From assembly GCA_965222155.1 (NCBI GenBank), contig CBDCTH010000012.1, positions 1,568,001 through 1,632,000 of the forward strand: a stretch of DNA of 64,000 nt, in the 5' to 3' direction. Made by a program: the position numbers and the translations under genes. This document shows, piece after piece, positions 41,942 to 50,915 of the stretch. Below the pieces are notes generated by a model. It worked only from the letters and a program-made list of their open reading frames with translations, did not search any database and had not been told where the DNA came from. The DNA is from Gammaproteobacteria bacterium. Lineage in GTDB: Bacteria; Pseudomonadota; Gammaproteobacteria; Eutrophobiales; Eutrophobiaceae. The stretch's first letter is position 1. Each line of letters opens with the position of its first letter.

Positions 41942-42190
41942 GCCCGGATATCTCACCAATTGATGCGATGATCGCACAGGATTTTGGCTGCCAGTGGGCG
42001 CCGGAGCCTGCCCCGTACTTGATACGGGGACCGAAAGCATAGCCGTAGCTATGGTTGAGGAAGCATGTGCCCACTGGCAGCCAAAAGACAAGCGAGACAA
42101 ATCGGCAGGACAGCCGATTTGCACGGCGACAGCCGCCCACAGGGTTGCGTCCAAGGACGGACACAATGAACGCATCAAGCGCAGTGTGTG
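41942..42190. mobile_element. MITE family B copy 2 (one end lost)
   Basis: TA|GCCCGGATATCTCACCAATTGATGCG; body is the reverse complement of the 7983 copy plus extra modules. Confidence 0.8.
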
Positions 42191-42281
42191 ATGATGCCAT
42201 GACCCGAATTAACCAGGTAACTATTTGATAGCACACAAGTTTCAGTCTACCTCCAAGCGGATTGATGAGATATGCGGGCTA

Positions 42282-42440
42282 GCGTTCGGCAGAACAGGCG
42301 GGGCGCTTACGGGCCAAGGGGTATCGCAGTCACATCCAGCGTAAGGGGACGCGCAACCGGCCGTTGACGGCCCGGGAGAAACAAGGCAAGCGCACCCGGG
42401 CGAAGGTGCGCGCTCGGGTTGAACATGTGTTTGGCGCGCA
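42282..42440 (+). pseudogene. IS5-family transposase C-terminal remnant
   Basis: Manual translation RSAEQAGRLRAKGYRSHIQRKGTRNRPLTAREKQGKRTRAKVRARVEHVFG. Confidence 0.8.
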
Positions 42441-42508
42441 GTGCAGGTTACGGGCGAAGGCGCTACGACTGGTAGCACGTTACCAGCGGCATTTTGACCT
42501 TCTACCCT

Positions 42509-42841
42509 TTATCGGGATACGCTCTTCTCCAGCGCTTGCATAATCCAACTATTCAGGCTCATGCCGCTTTCTACCGCCGAGTATGCAACGCGTTGATGCA
42601 GGTCCGGACCAAGCCGGACGTTGAGCTTGCCCGAGAAAGGCTTCCGGGGCTCGACGCCGTCCTCCTTACAGGAAGTGAGGTATTCGTCGACGGAACTGTG
42701 GAACTCGTTTTGAATCTCATCCACGTCGGTAGCTTCAAAGGTGGCAATCGGATAGGCACCGCTGTTTATGGTCCTACCGTGAAGACGGCCCACGGAATCG
42801 TCGAACTCCACCACGGCGACGTATCCCTTGTACTCTATCAT
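42509..42841 (-). CDS. hicB: HicB antitoxin
   Basis: EYKGYVA...F.....DEY...KPFSGKLNVRL, SLNSW RHH. Confidence 0.9.
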   Translation of the reverse strand: MIEYKGYVAVVEFDDSVGRLHGRTINSGAYPIATFEATDVDEIQNEFHSSVDEYLTSCKEDGVEPRKPFSGKLNVRLGPDLHQRVAYSAVESGMSLNSWIMQALEKSVSR

Positions 42842-43092
42842 GGCTTTACTCCTATGGCATTGAGGAACGCGACGATGTCACGTATCGTCGCTCTCCCGGT
42901 CTCCGGTTCAGGATGCGTCCGGTGAACCACCATCCGCTCCGCTTCCTTCTTCAGAAGCACACGCGACCCAGAGCGCTGAGAGACCTCCACGTCCGTTGCC
43001 TTCAGCATGGCGATGATGTCCGCCCACCGGATGCCTGTCGGCGTCGGTGTTTTGAACATATTCTCCAAGCTGCGCTGGTGCTTCGCTCGCAT
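42838..43092 (-). CDS. hicA: HicA toxin
   Basis: IRWADI, GSRV, HRTHP; 4-bp overlap with hicB. Confidence 0.88.
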   Translation of the reverse strand: MRAKHQRSLENMFKTPTPTGIRWADIIAMLKATDVEVSQRSGSRVLLKKEAERMVVHRTHPEPETGRATIRDIVAFLNAIGVKP

Positions 43093-43174
43093 GAAACCCG
43101 CATAGTATCAAGAACAGTACCATTCAACAAGCAGTTTGTTGACAACAGCAGTTTGTTGACAACTGTTGACAACA

Positions 43175-43354
43175 CAGCAGTTCCCGCTAACTCCGGGACC
43201 GAGGGCATCCTGCACTCGTGGAGGGCAAGACGCCCTCCCTCCCAGGGAAACATGCCCCGTTATGGTCAGAGTATGCCCGGGACTCCTGGGGGACAGATTT
43301 AAATCTGTCCCCCCCCTGTCTTCTGTATTCACCTCGAGTTAGCGGGAGCACCTG
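43175..43354. mobile_element. MITE family D copy 1 (CAG ends, 9-bp target duplication)
   Basis: TTGACAACA|CAGCAGTTCCCGCTAACTC...GAGTTAGCGGGAGCACCTG|TTGACAACA. Confidence 0.85.
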
Positions 43355-43477
43355 TTGACAACACATCCCCGCTGCTCCCCTATGAATTTATGCAGTCGGC
43401 GCTGGCGTGTACGTGCCCCCACAACCGTAGAGACTCATCACGTCTTCCAATACATCGCGAGACGCAATTGTGCGTCT

Positions 43478-44635
43478 CTACATTTCAGCAGCAGGGCTCC
43501 CCCACGTCCTGTCTCCTGTTCTCAGTTCTTCGTGAATGAGCAGTTTCAGTTCCGCCAGGCCGGCTCCGGTCCGGGCTGAAACCCAGGCGCGCGCACTGGC
43601 GCCGTTGATACTACTGCTCACAACCGTCTGCAGATCGCCATTTCCGGATTCAAACCCGGACTGGTCGATTTTATTAAAGACAAGGATCTGTGGAATAGAC
43701 ATGGCCCCCAACTCGTCTATCACCTTATTCACCTCCTCAATGCGCATCTGCTGGTCATCGTTGATGTCAACGATGTGCAATAATAAATTAGCGCTTTTAA
43801 TTTCATCCAGTGTGGCATGGAAAGACTCCACCAGGTCATGGGGGATATGCCGGATAAAACCTACCGTATCGCTGAGAAGTACCGATAGATCATCAGCCAG
43901 GCGGGCCTTCCTGATAGTCGGGTCCAGTGTGGCGAACAGCTTGTCGGCACAATAAACGTCGGCGCCGGTCAAGCGGTTAAAGAGCGTGGACTTGCCGGCG
44001 TTGGTATACCCTACCAGTGAAATGACAGCGGTATTATTGCGCCGGCGTAATCGTCTCCCTTGCTCTCTCCGGCTTTTCACTTTCTCAAGTCGCCCGCGGA
44101 TAGTTTTAATCCGCTTACCGATTAAACGTCTGTCAGTCTCCAACTGGGTTTCGCCGGGTCCCCTCAGGCCGATACCGCCTTTTTGTCTTTCCAGGTGCGA
44201 CCAACCGCGCACCAGCCGCGTAGACAAATGTCGCAACTGCGCCAGTTCGACCTGCAGCTTACCCTCGTAAGTTCTGGCCCGCTGGGAGAAAATATCGAGA
44301 ATCAATCCGACCCGATCAACAACCCGGCAATTTATTTTCTGCTCAAGATTGCGTTCCTGCGCCGGCGATAAACCATGATTGAAGATCACTACATCAGCAT
44401 CGTGTTCCAGGGCAGCTTGTCTGATCTCCTCCATCTTGCCTGAACCGATGAAAAACCTGGCATCGGGTTTTGCCCGGCTGCCGGTAATCGTACCTGAAGG
44501 GACCAGGCCGGAGGATTCGGTAAGTCGCACGAATTCGTGCAACTCTTCGTTGTAACGCGGGTTTTGAAAATTGATATGGACAAGGACGGCGCGTGGGTCG
44601 TTCGGGGAAACTGTGTTCAGGGTATTAACCCGCAT
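43478..44635 (-). CDS. hflX: Ribosome rescue GTPase HflX
   Basis: GPGETQLETDRR, GYTNAGKST, LFATLD, DTVG, NKID. Confidence 0.96.
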   Translation of the reverse strand: MRVNTLNTVSPNDPRAVLVHINFQNPRYNEELHEFVRLTESSGLVPSGTITGSRAKPDARFFIGSGKMEEIRQAALEHDADVVIFNHGLSPAQERNLEQKINCRVVDRVGLILDIFSQRARTYEGKLQVELAQLRHLSTRLVRGWSHLERQKGGIGLRGPGETQLETDRRLIGKRIKTIRGRLEKVKSRREQGRRLRRRNNTAVISLVGYTNAGKSTLFNRLTGADVYCADKLFATLDPTIRKARLADDLSVLLSDTVGFIRHIPHDLVESFHATLDEIKSANLLLHIVDINDDQQMRIEEVNKVIDELGAMSIPQILVFNKIDQSGFESGNGDLQTVVSSSINGASARAWVSARTGAGLAELKLLIHEELRTGDRTWGSPAAEM

Positions 44636-45034
44636 TTCTCACCAGTTCGCTTGTTGTCATCGGCTAGTTGTTTGCTGTCAATACGTTATAATAGTCTGCT
44701 CACTATATTAACACAACAGACTGTGCTTGATGCGCCCTCGCTTGTCTTTTAGATGCGCTCCATCCTTGGAGCGCCCCCTTCGGGCACTCTTCGAGTGTCC
44801 AAATCCATTCCAGATGGATTTGTGCCGCCAGCGGGCACGTGTTCATTGCGCCCCTCCCCCTGCTCAACTCCATACAGAGCTTGCCCCTGCGGTTGTAAGC
44901 AGGGGGGCAGGCTCTGGGCGCAACCCTGCGGGCGGCTGTCGCCGTGCAAATCGTCAGTCCTAGGGTGTGCGCCATGGAAGGCGCACATCTAAAATCCGGC
45001 GCGATCATCGCATCAACTGGTGAGAAATGCGGGT
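44628..45034. mobile_element. MITE family B copy 3 (long, about 407 bp)
   Basis: TA|ACCCGCATTTCTCACCAGTT...AACTGGTGAGAAATGCGGGT|TA. Confidence 0.88.
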
Positions 45035-45089
45035 TAATAATTATTCGCTCTCCACTGTGAGAAATAATGGCGATTCTGTCCAGGTTATT

Positions 45090-45896
45090 TCAGGCATCAC
45101 GCATCCCATTCCTGATTTCAGCCACTCGCGGCCACGCTTGCGCGCCGGCCTGGTCCATCAACGGCAGGTATTTCTGATTAAACCAGTTCGTCAGACCTTC
45201 CCGGTATCCCCTGGTTTGAGCTAATCGCTCATACCAGCCGGCAAAATGGGGCTTATCATCCCACATCCCGCGCAGTCCGATCTGGTCCAGGCGGGTAACG
45301 TAAGGAGAATAAGCTATATCGGCCAATGTCAGGCTATCCCCAACCAGCCACGGATGCGCCGCCAGCGCCTCATTCATATCGAACAGCAACTTCTCGAATT
45401 GGCGGATGGATTGTGCAAAGCGCGGCGCTTCTGTCCCTTCCGGCACCACTCGGCGCTGTACCTCCTGGATATACGGGTCGCGGATACCTGCAAAATGCTT
45501 TTCCAATGCTTCGTCCGATCCGCAGGCCTTGATTAACTGGTGGCGAAAGGCAATGGCAAAACTCAGTACGACCACTTCCAGGTGAATGCCGTCATCAAGT
45601 TTTTTCATCCACCAGCGGGTTTTGGCGCGACTGGCCGGATCTGCCGGCAGCAACGGTGGACCAGGATATACCTCGTTGAGGTATTCAATGATTATATTTG
45701 ATTCGGTCAGGATATTACCGTCATGAATCAGCACCGGCACCAATCCCTTCGGGTTGAATTTAAGGAATTCAGGTTGTAATTGATCCCCGCGTCGCAGGTC
45801 CAGTTCCACTCCTTCCCATTCAACTCCTTTTTCCACCAGCAGAAAGCGCACTTTCTGGGAACAGCTTGACATGTCATTATGGTAAAGTTTCAGCAT
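45090..45896 (-). CDS. Glutathione S-transferase family protein
   Basis: SSCSQKVR, NPKGLVPVL, ESNII, TLADI. Confidence 0.9.
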   Translation of the reverse strand: MLKLYHNDMSSCSQKVRFLLVEKGVEWEGVELDLRRGDQLQPEFLKFNPKGLVPVLIHDGNILTESNIIIEYLNEVYPGPPLLPADPASRAKTRWWMKKLDDGIHLEVVVLSFAIAFRHQLIKACGSDEALEKHFAGIRDPYIQEVQRRVVPEGTEAPRFAQSIRQFEKLLFDMNEALAAHPWLVGDSLTLADIAYSPYVTRLDQIGLRGMWDDKPHFAGWYERLAQTRGYREGLTNWFNQKYLPLMDQAGAQAWPRVAEIRNGMRDA

Positions 45897-45936
45897 ATAT
45901 TATTTCCAGGTTTGCCCTCTATGGTCTCAATCGCAT

Positions 45937-47142
45937 TTATATTATCGGCGAATTTGATTCTTTACCCAACAAAATCCGCCCAAATATCTCGGCGCTGGCA
46001 TCATACATCAGCAGGGCGTGCATATTGGTTGCATGCAAATCCCGTGATGCTCTTTGCAATATGCTTTTAATTGAAAGCGCGGACGCACCGGCATACAGGA
46101 ATAACTTATCCACCGCATCCAGCAGCATCTTCACCGACAGACAGCAATCCATACGAATACGCCCGCGCATCTCCATGGGCATTGCCTCATTCAGCTTTGC
46201 ATAGTGATCGATGTCATCGGCCATTTTATACATGACCAGTTCCGCCGCGTGTATTTCCGCCGCTGCAGAACCCAGCGCGACTTGTACGGGAATCCAATCA
46301 TCGGCGCTGTGGGCCGTATACGCCACCCGTTTTCCGGGAACTGATTTTTTAAATTCTTTCAGCGCGGCCCGCGCAACCCCCAGGGCACCGCCTACAAGGC
46401 AAATGGCCAGTACCGGCACAGCTTGTGACAGGGTGACCCAACCGGTATCTTCGGCTTTGTAAGCCGGCGCTTCCCGTTCTATTAACTGCGGTAATGAAAG
46501 GTAGCGATGTCGCGGGACTTTAACGTCCCTGGCAACCAGGGAATTACTGCCGGTTCCCTGTAAACCTGCGACGTACCAGTCATCCTGAATATTGATATCA
46601 GTGGTGGGCATTAACAGGTCGGCCTCATCGATCTTTTCCCCTGCCCCGTCGAATACCTCGGTGCCCAGGATCAGCCATTGTGAATGTTCGCAGCCTGAGC
46701 CAAACGGCCAGAAGCCATTCAATACATAAGAACCGTCATCCTGTTTTACCGCCTTGCCACGGGGCCCTATGACGGCAGAGACAAATGTATCGGGATTATC
46801 GCCGTAAACGTCTTGTTGTGCCTGTCTGGGGAAATGACCCATCAGCCAACTGTGTGCGTGCCAGACGCCCAGCACCCAGGCGCTTGCGCCACAACCCTCA
46901 CCTACTGCCGACAGCACATCAATATAGGAACGAAAAGGCAATTCATGGCCACCACAGGATTTGGGTTGTACGGTACGCAACAAACCGTTATTTTTTATTA
47001 ATTCGACGCTTTCTTTACATAACCGCCGGTTTGTTTCAGCCTGGTCTGCGTATTTTTTCAGGCCCCCTATGATAGACTCGGCCCTGGCCTTAATTTCATC
47101 TGCATTAAGCGTTACGAACGAATCAACAAATTGTGTCGGCAT
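45937..47142 (-). CDS. Acyl-CoA dehydrogenase-fold flavin monooxygenase (HsaA-like)
   Basis: WPFGSGCEHSQW, DDWYVAGLQGTGS, QRASRD. Confidence 0.85.
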   Translation of the reverse strand: MPTQFVDSFVTLNADEIKARAESIIGGLKKYADQAETNRRLCKESVELIKNNGLLRTVQPKSCGGHELPFRSYIDVLSAVGEGCGASAWVLGVWHAHSWLMGHFPRQAQQDVYGDNPDTFVSAVIGPRGKAVKQDDGSYVLNGFWPFGSGCEHSQWLILGTEVFDGAGEKIDEADLLMPTTDINIQDDWYVAGLQGTGSNSLVARDVKVPRHRYLSLPQLIEREAPAYKAEDTGWVTLSQAVPVLAICLVGGALGVARAALKEFKKSVPGKRVAYTAHSADDWIPVQVALGSAAAEIHAAELVMYKMADDIDHYAKLNEAMPMEMRGRIRMDCCLSVKMLLDAVDKLFLYAGASALSIKSILQRASRDLHATNMHALLMYDASAEIFGRILLGKESNSPII

Positions 47143-47235
47143 AGCCTCTCCCTGTTAAGGTCAGACGAAATCAGATGATATACGTGATCACTCATCATAT
47201 GCTACAGTAAGCGTACGAAATACGGGGAATATTAA

Positions 47236-48132
47236 ATGGGAATAAAGCACTGCGCCAATGTAATTGGAATGTTTCTGCTGTGGCTGTCAACCTGCACTCT
47301 TGCAGCTCAGCCGGATATAATGACGGTTGATGACCTGTTGGCCGAGCTATCCTCCGCTGCCGCGGGAACAAAAATCGCTTACGGAACCGATCCCCTGCAA
47401 TTCGGCGAACTCCACGTTCCTGCCGGTGAGGGGCCTTTCCCGGTAGTTGTATTCATTCATGGCGGCTGCTGGCTGGCCGAATATGACATCACCACGACAC
47501 GCCCCCTGGCATGGGCGCTCCGGGATCAGGGAATTGCCGTGTGGAACCTTGAGTATCGCCGCGTCGGTAACCCGGGAGGCAATTATCCCGGCCTCCTGCT
47601 TGATATCGGCTCGGGTACCGACTACTTGAGGCAGTTGGCCTCCGACTACCCACTGGACCTCTCGCGGGTCGTCGTCATGGGCCATTCAGCCGGCGGACAC
47701 CTGGCGCTCTGGACCGGCGCGCGCAGGGGAATCCCGGCCGACCATGAACTGTATCAACCCGACCCGCTCGCGCTGGTTGGCGTTGTCGCGCTGGCGCCGG
47801 CCGCGGCGCTCACACTGCTCCACCAGCAAGGGAACTGCGACAACGTGATAGACAGACTCATGGGCGGGTCGCCGGCGGCACAACCAGACCGCTACCACTA
47901 CATCGAGCCCGCGCGCATGGCGCCTATCGGCATTCGGCAAATCGCGATAATGGGTGTACACGACACGGTTTGGACGCCCTTCGGCGAGGCCTACGTCACG
48001 GCTGCACGAGCGCTGGGAGACACCATGATAGAACGCGTAATGGCGCCCGACTCAGGACACTTTGAGATGATCACGCCGGGCACATCCACCTGGAAGCTGG
48101 TGCTTGAGGCAGTGCATGCGTTCCTGCAATGA
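47236..48132 (+). CDS. Exported alpha/beta hydrolase (esterase, BD-FAE-like)
   Basis: Signal peptide, HGGCW, GHSAGG, catalytic D/H near the C-terminus. Confidence 0.88.
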   Translation: MGIKHCANVIGMFLLWLSTCTLAAQPDIMTVDDLLAELSSAAAGTKIAYGTDPLQFGELHVPAGEGPFPVVVFIHGGCWLAEYDITTTRPLAWALRDQGIAVWNLEYRRVGNPGGNYPGLLLDIGSGTDYLRQLASDYPLDLSRVVVMGHSAGGHLALWTGARRGIPADHELYQPDPLALVGVVALAPAAALTLLHQQGNCDNVIDRLMGGSPAAQPDRYHYIEPARMAPIGIRQIAIMGVHDTVWTPFGEAYVTAARALGDTMIERVMAPDSGHFEMITPGTSTWKLVLEAVHAFLQ

Positions 48133-49053
48133 TTACAGGCCTGATCCGGCCCGGCGTAGGCGAGACTCGAGCTTAGCCCGAGCGTCGAGCAGTTCGCTAT
48201 GAGTTTGAAGAATTTCTGCTACAGCAACAGGATCAACCATGCCCTCTTCTGCAGCCCGCACAAAGTTGCCAATCAAACCGGAGAACTCTGCTTCCTCGCG
48301 TAAACCCGGACGCTCTCCACTCAGTGTGACAGTATGGACCTTCCTGTCATCCGGCCATTCCGCAATAACCCGTAAGTGATAGTCCGCACTCCCTCTTAAA
48401 TCAACCGAGATGCCAAGCTGTGTCTCTCCGAGCCGGCCCGTAAGCGAGACCTGGAGCGGAAAATCATCTGGCAAATCGTCATGCACAACGAGTTCAGTCA
48501 GCGCTCTGCCCTGAGTCCGGCAAAGCCAGCGAACCAGGTCATGGCAATGGATCCCCAGCACGAAAAAGGCTCCTCCACTGCGAGACGGATCACGGATCCA
48601 GTTTTTTCCGGAAGCCAATCGGTCAATCCCCAATTGATAGCTGCAATACACTTTAGACGGAACTCCGTAAACATTCCCGCGCCGTCGCAATCGTTGAATA
48701 TCATCGTTAAAACGAAGGCGATAGCCGAGATGAACCGGGACACCGGCAGCTGGAAGAACAAGCTCGAGTTGCCTCAATTCAGCGCGAGTGATGCAGAGCG
48801 GCTTTTCGACCATGATTGCCTTGCCCGCAGCTACTGCCGCCAACACCATCCCTGCATGAAGATCATTGGGTGTAGTGATCGAGATGGCATCAACCTCGGG
48901 CAAGAGGTCTTCCAGGCTGTGAAACCAGGGGATGGTCCTGCCCGGCCGCCTGCGCGAGACTACACCGGTCAATCGCGCACCGTGCGCTGCCAGGTGTTTT
49001 GCGTGAATCTTACCGGCATCTCCCCAGCCGACGACACCCACCCGCAAGCTCAT
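48133..49053 (-). CDS. Gfo/Idh/MocA oxidoreductase
   Basis: GVVGWG, TTPNDLH, EKP, GGA...GIH. Confidence 0.85.
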   Translation of the reverse strand: MSLRVGVVGWGDAGKIHAKHLAAHGARLTGVVSRRRPGRTIPWFHSLEDLLPEVDAISITTPNDLHAGMVLAAVAAGKAIMVEKPLCITRAELRQLELVLPAAGVPVHLGYRLRFNDDIQRLRRRGNVYGVPSKVYCSYQLGIDRLASGKNWIRDPSRSGGAFFVLGIHCHDLVRWLCRTQGRALTELVVHDDLPDDFPLQVSLTGRLGETQLGISVDLRGSADYHLRVIAEWPDDRKVHTVTLSGERPGLREEAEFSGLIGNFVRAAEEGMVDPVAVAEILQTHSELLDARAKLESRLRRAGSGL

Positions 49054-49168
49054 TGCAACAGACCTTTGTCCATCTCTACTTCATCCCTGCCGGCCCTCAG
49101 CCAGCCCGGCCAAAGTATGGCACCAGGCTGTCAGTTCCTCCGCCATCACTCATATGCCACACTATTTC

Positions 49169-49345
49169 CAGCAAGTTCCCGCTAACTCCCTGGAGCGAGG
49201 GCATCCTGCCCTTGTGGAGGGCGAGACGCCCTCGCTCCCAAGGGAAAATGCCCGTGACTCCCGGGGGACAGATTTAAATCTGTCCCCTGTGTCTTCTAAT
49301 CCGGCAAAAATCACTGTATTGACCTCGATTTAGCGAGAGCACCTG
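49169..49345. mobile_element. MITE family D copy 2
   Basis: CAGCAAGTTCCCGCTAACTC...GATTTAGCGAGAGCACCTG; degenerate flanks ACACTATTTC / ACACTACTC. Confidence 0.8.
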
Positions 49346-49443
49346 ACACTACTCTTGCTTTCTTGCACCGTCTAAAGCATACGCATAAACTGCCGACAAT
49401 CACAATGTCTTTTTCTGTTGGCATAACGTAACACAATCACTCC

Positions 49444-50769
49444 ATGCAGAAACGCCTGTCATATTTCACAAAGATTACCGGTCCCGCCGCGGTAATGGCG
49501 GCCGCGGCCATGGGCGCAGGCTCTGTTTCAACATTGATTCTTGCCGGGGCATGGTTTCGTTATGAGTTGCTCTGGATGGTCTTGCTGACGCTGCCGCTCC
49601 TGGTGATCGCGGTCGATTCTGCCTCGCGCATCGGCCTGCTCAATAAAGACAAGGGCATGTTTTCACTCATTTCCGAACACATCCATCCCGGCGTTGCCTG
49701 GGTGATCCTGGCGATTAATGTTCCCGTCCACCTTTTCATCGGTATGGGCCAGATGTCAGTCGTAACCTCGTCGGCGCTGTCCCTGTTTGGCTTCCACCCG
49801 CCTGCCACGTCTGCGGCTTTCGAGAACAGTTATTTCCAGACTTTGGATATGATCGTATCCCTGGTATTTGCGTCCGGTATCATATGGTTGCTGACCTCGG
49901 AAGGTTACCAGCGTATGCAGAAGTTCATGACGGCATTCATGCTGCTGATATTCATCTGTTTTCTCATTGTTGCACTACGTGGCTTTCAGGAAATCAGCGC
50001 CATATTGTCCGGTTTCGCGCTGAGTGTTCCCGCTGATTTACCGGTCCCTTCCCGGGACATTGTCCGCAGCAGCGGGATTACCGTCCTTGCCATTGTCGGC
50101 AGCGCCCTGGCGCCGGCGTCCATGCTTGGCATTTCCTACATGAGCGCGGACAACCGGCAGGCGGGCATCATGGATTTTAACCAGGAATTTCGGAAATCCG
50201 TCATTAACCTGGGTTTTATTTACGGCAGCAGTTCGCTGTTCATCATTATTGCCGGTGGGTTTGCCCTGTTCCCTCTGGCTAACCACGCTGAAATCGATTC
50301 CGTCCATGAGGCCAGTCTAATATTAGTACGGGTTTTCCCCCGCGGACTTGAATTTCTTGGACCTACCATATTTACCTTCGGCATGCTCATCGCCGGCCTG
50401 ACCACCTTTATCGTGGCCGTAGAAGTGATCAGTTATTTCATACTCGATATGTTCGGTTTCGACTGGCACCACTCAAAGGAAAATAAACGCTTCAGGAGGA
50501 CAGTGACGATATGTATTATTGTCCCGGCACTGCTGGCGCCTTTGTGGACTTTTCCCGCTTTGTTCAAACTCCTGTTGTTAATGGGAGTCAACGCCATAGT
50601 CGTACCGATGGTGTTTTTGGCAGTAATCATCATGGTGAACAGAAAGTCTGTCATGGGAGAATATACCAGCAGCATCTACAGAAATATTATACTGGTGGCA
50701 GCGTTCCTGCTATCAGTTACCATATCGTTCATCAAGTTGCCTGAGTTTATTCAAATATTGACCGGTTGA
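49444..50769 (+). CDS. NRAMP-superfamily (MntH/YcsG-like) transporter, non-canonical
   Basis: About 11 TMs; GPAAVMAAAAMGAGS...AGAWFRYELLW, lacks DPGN. Confidence 0.78.
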   Translation: MQKRLSYFTKITGPAAVMAAAAMGAGSVSTLILAGAWFRYELLWMVLLTLPLLVIAVDSASRIGLLNKDKGMFSLISEHIHPGVAWVILAINVPVHLFIGMGQMSVVTSSALSLFGFHPPATSAAFENSYFQTLDMIVSLVFASGIIWLLTSEGYQRMQKFMTAFMLLIFICFLIVALRGFQEISAILSGFALSVPADLPVPSRDIVRSSGITVLAIVGSALAPASMLGISYMSADNRQAGIMDFNQEFRKSVINLGFIYGSSSLFIIIAGGFALFPLANHAEIDSVHEASLILVRVFPRGLEFLGPTIFTFGMLIAGLTTFIVAVEVISYFILDMFGFDWHHSKENKRFRRTVTICIIVPALLAPLWTFPALFKLLLLMGVNAIVVPMVFLAVIIMVNRKSVMGEYTSSIYRNIILVAAFLLSVTISFIKLPEFIQILTG

Positions 50770-50915
50770 CGTCAGTGGGCAAAAAGAGAGAACATGAACG
50801 TATTGATAGTTATAGCTACCTGAGGTGTGGAGGAAACAGACCCACCAGTCGTCTTTCATTCAGATAACGGCACTGCCCATAACAGGGGCTAATGACTAAA
50901 CGGATAATCCAGGTA

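Noticed and set aside
41874-42236. Short ORFs within repeat elements (also 44703-45008, 59446-59631, 8002-8202)
   Set aside because: Translations of palindromic MITE DNA with no protein-family signal
43125-43175. Short tandem repeats as a CRISPR array
   Set aside because: 17-bp units without spacers; no cas genes in the window
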